Source: Acaryochloris marina MBIC11017 (GTDB lineage: Bacteria; Cyanobacteriota; Cyanobacteriia; Thermosynechococcales; Thermosynechococcaceae). Taken from it: a DNA stretch of 32,000 nucleotides. The notes under the pieces are model-generated. The model searched no databases. It was not told where the DNA came from and worked only from the letters and a program-made list of their open reading frames with translations. The stretch lies in assembly GCF_000018105.1 (NCBI RefSeq), contig NC_009932.1:120001-152000 (forward strand). The letters are read 5' to 3'. Within the stretch, counting starts at the first letter, position 1, and every line of letters begins with the position of its first letter. The translations under genes and the position numbers were made by a program. Shown one piece after another: positions 15,073-24,700 of this stretch.

Positions 15073-16334
15073 AACGATATCTGATCGGGCTTTGTGACTG
15101 TAACTCTTTCTACGCAAGTTGTGAGTCAGCTCTGAACCCTCGCTTGCAGCATAAGCCCGTGGTCATCGCTTCTAACAATGATGGGGTTGTTGTGACAGCC
15201 AATGCAAAAGCTAAAGCCTTAGGTCTGGTTATGGGTGTGCCCTTGTTCAAAGTCCAAGAGCTGATCAAGAAACACGATGTTAGAGTTTTCAGCTCCAACT
15301 ATGCGTTGTATGGTGATTTGTCCTCACGAGTGATGACGATTCTGGAGACCTTTACACCAGAGCAAGAGATCTATTCCATTGATGAATGCTTTATGCGAAT
15401 GCCGGAATTTGCTGAGGCTACGACATACTCTCATAAGGTGCGTAAAACGGTGTTGCAATGGACGGGGATTCCTGTGTCCATTGGCATTGCAACTTCCAAG
15501 ACTCTCTCAAAGATTGCCAATCATGTAGCAAAAAAGCAAAAGCAGTATGGTGGGGTGTTTGATATTTCCACTGCCCGTAATGCTGAGGGGATTTTGGCTA
15601 CCTTTCCAGTCGCAGATATCTGGGGGATTGGTCGCCAATACAATAAGTGGTTGTTAAGCCAAGGGATTGAGACAGCGAAGGAGCTGCGGGATGCTAACGA
15701 GGGGCTAATCCGCAAAAAAATGGGCGTGGTGGGGGTGAGGATGATCCATGAGTTGCGAGGTATTTCATGTTTGCCCCTGGAGCTGGTTGCTAAACCAAAG
15801 AAGGAAACTTGCGTCTCTCGCTCTTTCGGTCAGCCAGTGACGGAGTTAGCGGATTTGCAGGAAGCGATTGCGGCCTATGCATCTAGGGCAGCGGAGAAGC
15901 TACGCCATCAAGAACAAGTATCAGAGGCAATGGTTGTCTTCGTGCGGACAAGCCCTTTTAAGCCAGGATATTTTCGCCAATCTGCTACTGTGCAATTCCC
16001 CATAGCGACCAACTATACTCCAACAATTGTGGAATCTGCTCGTAATGCGATGAAGCGAATCTATGAACCGGGTCGAGAATTTCAAAAAGCGGGGGTGCTG
16101 ATGGTGGGTTTGTGTCCTGAGACGACTATCCAAGGGCACCTCTGGGAGAAGGATGAGGGTTGGGAGAAACGGAAGCGCCTGATGTCGATCATGGATGAAG
16201 TGAATGATCGGTTTGGCCGTGGAACGCTGGAGATTGCTGCGTCGGGGCTAAGGCAGACCTGGCGAATGCAGTCGAAGTGGCGATCACCGAGGTATACGAC
16301 GTGTTGGGCTGAGCTGCCAGTGGTGAGTTGTTGA
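15069..16334 (+). CDS. umuC: Y-family DNA polymerase, UmuC-like
   Basis: LCDCNSFYASCE...SIDECF...GIATSKTLSKIAN...IWGIGR. The TTG start overlaps the umuD stop (TTGA, 15069-15072). Confidence 0.9.
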   Translation: MKRYLIGLCDCNSFYASCESALNPRLQHKPVVIASNNDGVVVTANAKAKALGLVMGVPLFKVQELIKKHDVRVFSSNYALYGDLSSRVMTILETFTPEQEIYSIDECFMRMPEFAEATTYSHKVRKTVLQWTGIPVSIGIATSKTLSKIANHVAKKQKQYGGVFDISTARNAEGILATFPVADIWGIGRQYNKWLLSQGIETAKELRDANEGLIRKKMGVVGVRMIHELRGISCLPLELVAKPKKETCVSRSFGQPVTELADLQEAIAAYASRAAEKLRHQEQVSEAMVVFVRTSPFKPGYFRQSATVQFPIATNYTPTIVESARNAMKRIYEPGREFQKAGVLMVGLCPETTIQGHLWEKDEGWEKRKRLMSIMDEVNDRFGRGTLEIAASGLRQTWRMQSKWRSPRYTTCWAELPVVSC

Positions 16335-16398
16335 GGGGAATTGCAGATAGGCAAATTGTAAGACTGATCCTGGTGATTTGATGTAGACCATCTTCTCG

Positions 16399-17514
16399 CT
16401 ATCCGACATTCTGAAAGAGAATCGATAAACGAGTAATCAAAGCTCCAAGAAGAACATAGCCGATTAATACTTGAGACATGACTAGAAATTGACCAGTAAT
16501 ACTCAAAGGGTGTGCATGGATTTCACCAAAGCCCAGAGTCGTCATTGTAACAACGGAAAAATATAGCGACCTAAACCAAAGCTCAAACAAACAAATAAAC
16601 CCCAAATTTTTCTTGCATAAACTTTGGTTCAAAATATCATCGCTAAAATCAACTAAAAATGGGTTAGCGAAAGGTGTAGGCCAAGAATCTCCATCAGGTG
16701 CTGGAGTTCCTATAAGATATGCAATTGAAAAAAATAGAGAACAGCCTACAAAAGTACAGATAATCTTTGTTGTAGAACTACCATAGTCAGATATCCACCA
16801 GAAAATTCTAATTACTTGTGTATAAGCAGAAACAAAAATATTAATCGCAAAAACAAGAATTAAACTAAGCCCAGGAGTTTCTAGTATTAATGCGGGAATC
16901 TTCTGTAAAATATTTATTCGCTTGTTGTTTCTTTTGAGCCAATGCAGATAGTGTTTTTTCCATTTGCGCCAATTCGCATATTGTTTGTTCCAGAATATCT
17001 TTCGAATATTTCGTTTCAGCTTTGATTTTATGTGTTCTTCAATTCTGGCACTGTCTAGTCCCACAGCAGAAAAATTAGTTTTGTCATCAATCCTACAATC
17101 TGTGATCCCAGTCTTGCCATCAACAAGTGAGAATTTTGCAATCGTTCCACACAGGTCCACATTGTCGAAAATAGTGCCTCTCAAATCAACACCAGATAAA
17201 TTAGCTTCACTAAGATCAACACACCAAAAATCAATTCCACTTAAATTAGCTAGTCTTAAATCAGCTTTCTTTAGTATGGCTCCAGCTAAATATGATCCAG
17301 TCAAGTTTGCTCCTTTCAAGCAAGCCTTAGTAAGAACTGTTCCACCAAGCAATGATTGACTAAGATTAGCTTCGCTTAATTTAACTCCACTCAAGTTTTT
17401 TTCACACAAGTCTATTTGTGATAAATCAGGTTTTACACCTGGGTGACTTTCCCTCCAGCGATTCCAAGAATCGACTCCGTTCTTTAACTCCACAACATGC
17501 TCAGGATTTGCCAT
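16399..17514 (-). CDS. Pentapeptide-repeat domain fused to a 2-TM ion channel (Ion_trans_2-like)
   Basis: The N-terminus WNRWRESHPGVKPDLSQIDL is followed by repeats ANLSQ/ANLTG/ANLSG/ANLSG. The C-terminus has TM helices and the pore signature VVTMTTLGFGE (16522-16548). Confidence 0.8.
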   Translation of the reverse strand: MANPEHVVELKNGVDSWNRWRESHPGVKPDLSQIDLCEKNLSGVKLSEANLSQSLLGGTVLTKACLKGANLTGSYLAGAILKKADLRLANLSGIDFWCVDLSEANLSGVDLRGTIFDNVDLCGTIAKFSLVDGKTGITDCRIDDKTNFSAVGLDSARIEEHIKSKLKRNIRKIFWNKQYANWRKWKKHYLHWLKRNNKRINILQKIPALILETPGLSLILVFAINIFVSAYTQVIRIFWWISDYGSSTTKIICTFVGCSLFFSIAYLIGTPAPDGDSWPTPFANPFLVDFSDDILNQSLCKKNLGFICLFELWFRSLYFSVVTMTTLGFGEIHAHPLSITGQFLVMSQVLIGYVLLGALITRLSILFQNVG

Positions 17515-17633
17515 CCTTACCCCAAGAAAACAAAGATAAAATCAAGATAAGCTAAATCTTTTCAATCTATCAAACCCTTCCACCCTAAATGAATCAAAGA
17601 CACATCCTATGATTCATCACCAATAGCAAATCT

Positions 17634-17987
17634 TCACCCTTCCCGATCACCAAAAGAACACTCCACCGTGATTTTGAGATTGCATTCCCCGCTGCCCTTC
17701 GTGATGTAAGGCACTCCCCCCTCACCCGCGACTTTGACCCCGAATTCCAAAGTCACCTTATCTACATTGGCCGTTGCCACCTCTTTGAAAGCATTGAGGG
17801 TATAGGCCGTATAGGTGCGAATCGTCCCCTGCATGGCCTGGAAGTTTTTCAAGGCCACATCACCCATGCCTTTCGAGGTGCGGGTGGTCCCTTCAGACTC
17901 AGGCTGTGGATGTGCTGATACATCATCCTCCGCTTCGATATAGATCACGGTTCCATCATTGAGGTGGATCGGGGCTAATTGGGTCAT
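17634..17987 (-). CDS. Trypco2-like (CU044_2847 family) small protein
   Basis: N-terminal IHLNDGTVIYIEAEDD, a central linker, then C-terminal VTLEFGVKVAGEGGVPYITKGSGECNLKITVECSF. This matches my recollection of the family pattern (VEFGxKL..EAG..IAK...EA..KVTL.W). Confidence 0.65.
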   Translation of the reverse strand: MTQLAPIHLNDGTVIYIEAEDDVSAHPQPESEGTTRTSKGMGDVALKNFQAMQGTIRTYTAYTLNAFKEVATANVDKVTLEFGVKVAGEGGVPYITKGSGECNLKITVECSFGDREG

Positions 17988-18079
17988 GGATTGGCTCTCG
18001 CGGTAAGATACGGCAATAGTGATACTGCATGGTCGAAAACATTCTATGGTGATATCAAATCCGCTGCTTATCTCAACTT
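17988..18079. promoter_or_regulatory. Divergent intergenic region, presumed bidirectional promoter
   Basis: Only 92 bp separate the Trypco2-like start (17987, minus) from the caspase-NTPase start (18080, plus). No boxes can be assigned confidently. Confidence 0.3.
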
Positions 18080-21000
18080 ATGAGCCGAGATGCCCTCATT
18101 GTTGGAATTAACCGCTATCAGTATCTCCCGGATCTGAAAGCCCCTGCCCTGGATGCAGAAGCCATTGCACAACGGTTGGAGGACGATGGAGAGTTCGATA
18201 CTCTTTACCGATTACCGGAGATAATAATCCAAGGGGAAACGAAAAAGCCTGAGATTGGTGAAAAGGGATCTGTTTTTATCACGAAATTAAAGCAAGCATT
18301 AACGCAACTCTTTTTACCTAAAAGCCAACAAATACCCAAAACAGCTCTGTTTTACTTTTCTGGACATGGCTTGCCAGATCAAGATTTAGTGGGGGTTGAT
18401 AAAGGTTATTTGGCTGCAAGTGATACCAATAAAAACAACCCTAGTTCGGGTCTGTCCCTGCTTTGGCTGCAATCATTACTATCCAAAAGCCCTATCCAGC
18501 AACAAATTATCTGGTTAGATTGCTGTCATAGTGGTTCGATCCTTGTCAATGTCGGGGCAGCCAACCCTGGACATGGAGAAAGTAAAGACCGCTGTTTTAT
18601 TGCCTCATCACGGGACTTTGAAGAGTCTTGGGAGGACTTGAATAGTCCCTATAGTGTGCTTACCAAGGCGTTACTGGATGGGTTAGATCCCAAGCCTTTA
18701 CCAGGACGTTGGATCGATACTTTTTCCCTGGTGGATTATGTCAACCAAGCACTGAAAGGAGAACTGCAAACCCCCGTCTGTACCAACTTTGGGGAAGCCA
18801 TTAATCTCACCCGGAGCTGGCAAGTCCAAGAAGAATCAACCAGTGTAAGTCAAGTTGATAGCGGTATTTGCCCCTACAAAGGATTGGAGTTTTTTGACTG
18901 CAATGATGAAGACCCCAAATACTTCTATGGCCGGGAGCAGTTGGTGGGTCAGCTCCTCGATCAGGTGCGAACCTCTAACTTTCTGGCATTGGTAGGGGCT
19001 TCCGGGAATGGTAAATCTTCAGTTCTGCGAGCTGGGTTGCTGCACCAACTGAAGCTGGGGCGACGTATTTCAGGGAGTGAACAGTGGCGAATTCGGATTG
19101 CTCGACCGGATCGCCAACCGATACAGAATCTAGCCCTGGCCTTTGTCGAAGAGGGATTGTCCGATGGAGATAGGGCAATTGCTTTGGATAAGGTGGTTGG
19201 ATTATTGGATAAAGGGACTGCGGGATTACAGCGATTAGTCCAGGCATCTGCTGCACCTCGAACGGTTCTGGTGATTGACCAATTTGAAGAGGTCTTTACC
19301 CGCTGCGAGAACCCAGAGGAACGAGAGCATTTCTTTGCTTGTTTGATGGGAGCTTTGTTAGATGTAGACAACAAGCTTTGCCTGATCATCGCCATGCGGG
19401 CAGACTTTATCGTCAAATGTATGGAGCAGGAATATAGTGGCTTGGCCCGACTGATTGATCAGCAAATGGTCAGTGTGTTGCCAATGAAGACCAATGAGTT
19501 AAGGGCTGCGATTTGTAGACCAGCAGAACAGGTGGACCTACAAGTTGAATCTGCCCTGGTCACTGAAATACTAAACGATATCGAAGGGGCACCGGGTAGT
19601 CTACCGTTGTTGCAATACACCCTGAAAGAACTTTGGAATCAGCGACAGGACAATCAACTAACCTTCGCCTCCTATCAAATTTTAGGCGGAATCCAAGGCA
19701 CGTTGGATCAACGGGCGACGGCTATCTATAACAGCTTTGATAAAGCAGAACAGCAGACAGTTCAGCATATTTTTCAGCAATTGACTCAGTTGGGGGAAGG
19801 CACGGAAGATACTCGGCGGCGAGTATTTCAGGATGACTTGATAACGGAGCCAAAGCATCCAGCTCAGCGAGTACAGCAGGTCATTGAACGACTATCTAGC
19901 CCCGAGAATCGCCTGATCGTCACCAGTGAAGTGGTCAGCAAATCCGACCAATCCACCCGCATGTCGATTGTGGATGTGGCTCATGAAGCCCTGATCCGTC
20001 ACTGGAAGCTACTTCGGCAATGGATTGAGCTGAATCGAGACTTACTGAGGAAGCAACGCAGGATTGAGGCTAGTGCGATCTCATGGCGAAATCAGGGGCA
20101 AAAGTCTGGGTATCTATTGCAGGGACTACCACTGATTGAAGCCATTCAATTTAACAAGGATAAGTCTGTGACTTTTCCCTTGTCAGACAATAGCAAAGCT
20201 TTTATCCAGAAAAGTGTCAGAGAACGCCGATTGAATCAGCTTAAGGCTGGAGCATGGTTGATTGTCCCAGCATTACTGATTCTCATCGTTAGCGAGTATA
20301 TTATTCGAGAAAGTGGTGTCAGTAGAAACTACGTTCAATTGGACGGGGCAAGATCCACTGGAGAGAAACAAGCAGTTGATAGCTTAGTGGGAGGATGCAA
20401 TGCTCAAAAAGAGGTACAGTGGCTACCAAGTTATTTAGCAGAACGTTTATTTGGGAATTGTCGCCCTCTGATACAAGCTCAGTTGGAGCATGCCAAACTC
20501 CGCCATGCTGACCTCCGCAGCGCCATTCTAATTCGTGCCAACCTTTTCGCGGCTGACCTCAACTTTACCGACTTTAGCGATGCCGACCTTCGCTACGCTG
20601 ATCTCCGCCGAACCGACCTCAACTTCACTGATTTTAACCACGCCAATCTCAATTTCACCAAGTTGGGTAATGCCAACCTCAACGGTACGAACCTCAGTGA
20701 TGCCAACCTCATCGGCACCAACCTATACAGCGCTGATCTACGCAACGCCATTCTCATTCGCGCCAACCTATTCAGTACCAATCTTAGTAACGTCAATCTC
20801 TATAGCGCTGACCTAAGTAGTACCGACATGAGCAGTGCCAACTTAAGTAACGCCGATCTTATCCGAGCTAACCTCAGTGGTGCTGACCTCCACAATACCG
20901 ATCTTTTCTACGCCAACCTTAGTAACGCCAACCTTAGTAACGCCAACCTCAGCAATGCTATATTATTGAGTTCAAATCTTCGAGAGACAAAAAATCTCAC

Positions 21001-21193
21001 CCAAGCTCAGCTAGAGGGCGCGGAACATCCATTGATTTGTAATTCACCTCTTCCCCAGAACATCAGGATTGACCGCAACAGAGACTGTGACAAGGTAGCT
21101 GCTGTCTTACACGAAAGATATCCACAGTTGTTCAGAGATATAGAAGAAGCAGAAAAACACGTTGAAGAACAACGACAAAGTAAGTGGAACTAG
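18080..21193 (+). CDS. Caspase (C14) / nSTAND1-type P-loop NTPase / single TM / pentapeptide-repeat protein
   Basis: Caspase dyad FYFSGHG (His codon 18365-18367) and WLDCCHSG (18521-18529). CPYKGLEFF...FYGRE, Walker A LVGASGNGKSS (~18994-19020) and Walker B VLVIDQFEE. TM helix AGAWLIVPALLILIVSEYII (~20247-20310). About 36 A(D/N)LxX pentapeptides lie at ~20477-21010. Confidence 0.9.
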   Translation: MSRDALIVGINRYQYLPDLKAPALDAEAIAQRLEDDGEFDTLYRLPEIIIQGETKKPEIGEKGSVFITKLKQALTQLFLPKSQQIPKTALFYFSGHGLPDQDLVGVDKGYLAASDTNKNNPSSGLSLLWLQSLLSKSPIQQQIIWLDCCHSGSILVNVGAANPGHGESKDRCFIASSRDFEESWEDLNSPYSVLTKALLDGLDPKPLPGRWIDTFSLVDYVNQALKGELQTPVCTNFGEAINLTRSWQVQEESTSVSQVDSGICPYKGLEFFDCNDEDPKYFYGREQLVGQLLDQVRTSNFLALVGASGNGKSSVLRAGLLHQLKLGRRISGSEQWRIRIARPDRQPIQNLALAFVEEGLSDGDRAIALDKVVGLLDKGTAGLQRLVQASAAPRTVLVIDQFEEVFTRCENPEEREHFFACLMGALLDVDNKLCLIIAMRADFIVKCMEQEYSGLARLIDQQMVSVLPMKTNELRAAICRPAEQVDLQVESALVTEILNDIEGAPGSLPLLQYTLKELWNQRQDNQLTFASYQILGGIQGTLDQRATAIYNSFDKAEQQTVQHIFQQLTQLGEGTEDTRRRVFQDDLITEPKHPAQRVQQVIERLSSPENRLIVTSEVVSKSDQSTRMSIVDVAHEALIRHWKLLRQWIELNRDLLRKQRRIEASAISWRNQGQKSGYLLQGLPLIEAIQFNKDKSVTFPLSDNSKAFIQKSVRERRLNQLKAGAWLIVPALLILIVSEYIIRESGVSRNYVQLDGARSTGEKQAVDSLVGGCNAQKEVQWLPSYLAERLFGNCRPLIQAQLEHAKLRHADLRSAILIRANLFAADLNFTDFSDADLRYADLRRTDLNFTDFNHANLNFTKLGNANLNGTNLSDANLIGTNLYSADLRNAILIRANLFSTNLSNVNLYSADLSSTDMSSANLSNADLIRANLSGADLHNTDLFYANLSNANLSNANLSNAILLSSNLRETKNLTQAQLEGAEHPLICNSPLPQNIRIDRNRDCDKVAAVLHERYPQLFRDIEEAEKHVEEQRQSKWN

Positions 21194-21197
21194 TCAA

Positions 21198-21695
21198 TCA
21201 AAACACCAACTTCGCAATCGCCCCCTCAACCTGCTCATCGGTGACCTCAAGATACCCCGACAATGCGGCCAGCGTCCGATGTCCCAATATTCGCTGAATG
21301 TGCTTCGTCGGCACTCCAGCGTTGTGCATCCGTGTCAGGGCCGTGCGTCTGAAACTATGATTACTAAAGCCTTCCAGTCCCACCCGAGCAAAAGCTTGTC
21401 TCAAGATTCGGTCTGCTGAACTGACCCGGATATAAGAACGGCCATGACGACCAGGGAAAAGATAAGTGCGAGTCAAGTCAGGGCATAAGCCACTAAATAC
21501 TCATGCAACTGGGGATGCATCGTTACTTCTCGCGTATCCCGCTTACCCTTCGTCTGATGCCAGCGAAATAACACCGATGGCTTGGGTCCACTGACATTGA
21601 CCACATCACTGGTGAGTAATATACAGGCTTCACCGATCCTGAATCCGGTATAGAGGCACACACCAAAGAGGGCCAGATCGCGGGACTTGATTTCT
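21198..21695 (-). pseudogene. Tyrosine recombinase (phage integrase family) remnant: N-terminally truncated and frameshifted
   Basis: Two overlapping track ORFs in different frames. One reads ...SRDLALFGVCLYTGFRIGEA (Arg box). The other reads ...SNHSFRRTALTRM...ILGHRTLAALSGYLEV (HxxR, GH, Tyr). The frames meet at the tandem AGTCAAGTCA (21471-21480). An upstream stop at ~21696-21698 removes the whole N-terminal domain. Confidence 0.85.
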
Positions 21696-21779
21696 TATAA
21701 AGGTATAGCTAGAGAAAATTTGATTTCTATTTATTTTAATTCTGTCATTGTTTTAGCTATCCCCTGTCTAGGATCTAAA

Positions 21780-24700
21780 TTAGCCAAAGAGATCATCAAC
21801 TGCACCTAGAGTAATCAAGGAACTTTTCTGAGCATCTGTCAGCCCAGTGGTTCTTGAAATATTCGTTTTTTCATAGGGCCTTGAAGGTCTGAAGGTTCTA
21901 ATGCATTGCGCTGAATGCAAATCCCATAGCTTCACCGAGCCATCGTCACTTGCTGTGGCAATAGTTTGCCCGTCAGGGCTAAACTCAACCGAAATAACGC
22001 GAGCTGTATGGCCTTGAAAAATCTGTAGGCACTCACCCGTTTCCAAGGACCATAATCGTGCTGTTTGATCTTGGCTTGCACTTGCTAGACACTCCCCATC
22101 AGGACTGAAGGCCACTGACCAAATGAACTGTTTATGACCCGGTAACTCACGGATGCATTTTCTCATTTCAACTGACCAGAGTTGAATGGATTCGTAATCA
22201 CTCCCACTAGCAAGGATTTGACCATCAGGAGAAAATGCCACCGACCGAACTCTAGTACCAACATCAATAACCAAAGATTCTTCTGACTCCAAATACCATA
22301 GGCGAACAGTTAGATCATCACTGCCACTAGCCATGATATGACCACTCGGACTAAACGCGAGTCCCCAAATTCGGTTTGTATGCCCTATAAGCTGTTTCAA
22401 GCATTCCCCACTAGCTACCGACAAGAGTCTGACAAAGGAATCATCACATCCTGTTGCCAGCCATTTCCCATCAGGGCTAAACGCCAAAGGAAAGACTCGA
22501 TTACCATGCTCAATGCTATGTAAACAATGACCATCAGGATATGACCAAACCTTAACCACCCCATCTTGGCAGGCTGATGCCAGAATTTGACCTTGGTGTG
22601 AGAAAGCAACACCCCACAACCAATTTTGGTGCCCTCGAAAAACTTGGCGGTTATGACCAGTATGAATATCCCACACCTGCAAGGTCCCATCTTCATGTCC
22701 ATTTGCTAGAGTCTGCCCATTTGGATGAAAGGACACCGACCAAGTTCGATTGATGTATCCTTGCAGTGTTTGCTGACACACACCAGTGTCTACTCGCCAT
22801 AGCTTAACCATCGATTCACCGCCACTACTCACTAGAAGCTGACTATCCGGGCTAAAGGCAATACCCCAGATCACACTGGCATGTGCTTGAATTGTGCGAA
22901 AGCACTGATAACTGGCAATCTTCCAGATGCGAATCACACCTTGGTGATCCGAGCTAGCTAACCACTTTCCATCAGGACTAAAAGCAGCATCCCAAATAAT
23001 ACTTTGATGCCCCTGCAATTTTGCCAAACATGACCTTGTCCTAATCGACCAAACCATGACAGCGTTATCCCAGGCTGCACTCGCCAGTAAATTTCCATCT
23101 GGACTAAAGGTCACTGAGTTGACCATATTGCTATGCCCAGTTCCAGTCCACAGACACTGACCGGACCGAATATCCCAGAGCTTAACAGTGCCATCCTCGC
23201 TCCCTGTGGCGAGGGTCTCTTCATGAGGACTAAAGCAAATAGACTTCGGAGAAGCACCATGAACATCATTGATGGTTCTAAGACATGCACCGCTGTCCAG
23301 AGACCACAGTTTAAGGGTGTTGTCATCACTAACGGTTGCTAAGGTTTGTCCATCTGGGCTAATGTCAAGCGACCACACACGATCGCGGTGTCCTGACAAC
23401 ACTCGTAGACATTCGCCGCTTTCAACAGACCAAACCCGCACTTTGGAATCATCACTGCCACTAACCAGATATTGAGCGTCTGGGGTGAATGTCACACACC
23501 AAACCCAATCCCCAGTCCCTTGAAGGATTTTGAGGGGTTGATAGGAATGCATATCCCAGATGGTGATCTGGCCATCATTCCCCCCCGTGACCATACTTTG
23601 ACCATCAGAACTAAAAGCAACGGAAAAGAAGGCCCCAAAAGATTGAGTAAAGGTACAGTTTCGGAAGTCTGATCCAGTAAGGTCAATTTGGTGAAGAGTC
23701 ATGCCTTGAAAATCAGCTTGTCGAAATGTGAGCTGAGATAAGTTACACCCACTTAGGTCTGCTTGCAGCCAACGAAGGAGGTGCAGGCAATTGCTTGCAG
23801 CATAGCCCTGGGAAAATTGAGGATGTTCCCTGAAATATTGAAAGAACTGTAAAAGGGGACGTTGATCGGCAGCAAAGAGTTGAGCAATCGGCTCCAGAAT
23901 TAATCGGGCTTGTGTCTTTCTCAGATAGTCTTTGGCTACGGGCTTACAAAGTGCAAAGCGGTTAAAGATATCTAATGCATTAGTTTCCAATTCTTGGATA
24001 ACTTGTCGAATGATGCGGTCAGTTAAATACTCAATCAGTACTGGTTGAAGCGTAAAGCCAACTGAACTCTTCTCAAGGGGAAGTCTTCGTTTTAAATTCT
24101 GTAGGGTTGAGGGCAAGTCCCACTTATCACCGACACGAAGCAGATCGGTCCTGAGTGTAGAAATAGAAACAGGCTCCCGATGTAAGGCTAACCAATAGAC
24201 AACCTCTTGTTCTTTCCAGGATAATCGCTCAAAGTGCCAATCTAAGAGCTGTTTTAGATCGTCAAATATAGGTCGGCCTTCTCGAAGGAAGGCTGAAATG
24301 CTGCCATTGAAAACCTCATTGATATGATTTGCAGCCAGTTCAAGAGCAAGGGGGTTGCCATCGTAAAAGGATAGCAAGTGCTCCCAATCTTTATCAGTAG
24401 CAGTAAATTCTCCCAGTTGTGTTAAAAGTTGATGCGCTTCTTCAACCGAAAGCCCTTGCAACTCAAGGCACTGAATATGGTTTCCACCTCCTGTGACAGG
24501 ACGAATATCCCGTGGCTTTTCACGACTGGTGAGTAAAAGGCAGCTTTGGTGGTTTACATCTCTAATCTTTTGGACAAGTTGTCCGTAGCCTTCAAAGCCT
24601 TGACGATAGTTCCCTGCCTGCTCACCACCCTGAAGAATAGATTCAAAATTATCCAGTATTAAAAGACAGCGACGTGATTGAAGGTAGTAGAGCAACCGTG

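Noticed and set aside
14192-15715. ORFs 14192-14458 (-), 14658-14879 (-), 15110-15298 (-) and 15521-15715 (-). The same applies to 15921-16354 (-).
   Set aside because: They lie in alternative frames or antisense within the VOC, umuD and umuC genes, all of which have diagnostic motifs in the chosen frames.
16964-17359. 131-aa plus-strand ORF inside the channel gene.
   Set aside because: It is antisense to the pentapeptide-repeat region of 16399-17514. The low-complexity Ser/Leu/Pro product is typical of repeat shadows.
18961-19416. Minus-strand ORFs 18961-19416 and 18975-19256 inside the NTPase domain.
   Set aside because: They are antisense to a region with unmistakable Walker A/B motifs on the plus strand. 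The Arg/Ser/Pro-rich translation has no start context.
20470-21010. Short periodic DNA repeats (for example GCCAACCTTAGTAAC x3 near 20910-20955) that might suggest a CRISPR or VNTR array, plus the ORFs 20535-20816 (+) and 20593-20796 (-).
   Set aside because: The 15-nt period corresponds to in-frame pentapeptide repeats (ANLSN) of the caspase-NTPase gene. There is no repeat-spacer architecture. The extra ORFs are alternative-frame shadows.
22338-23686. Seven short ORFs on both strands within 22338-23686.
   Set aside because: All lie inside the WD40 repeat region of 21780-25373, whose 14 FSPDG-type blades define the true frame.
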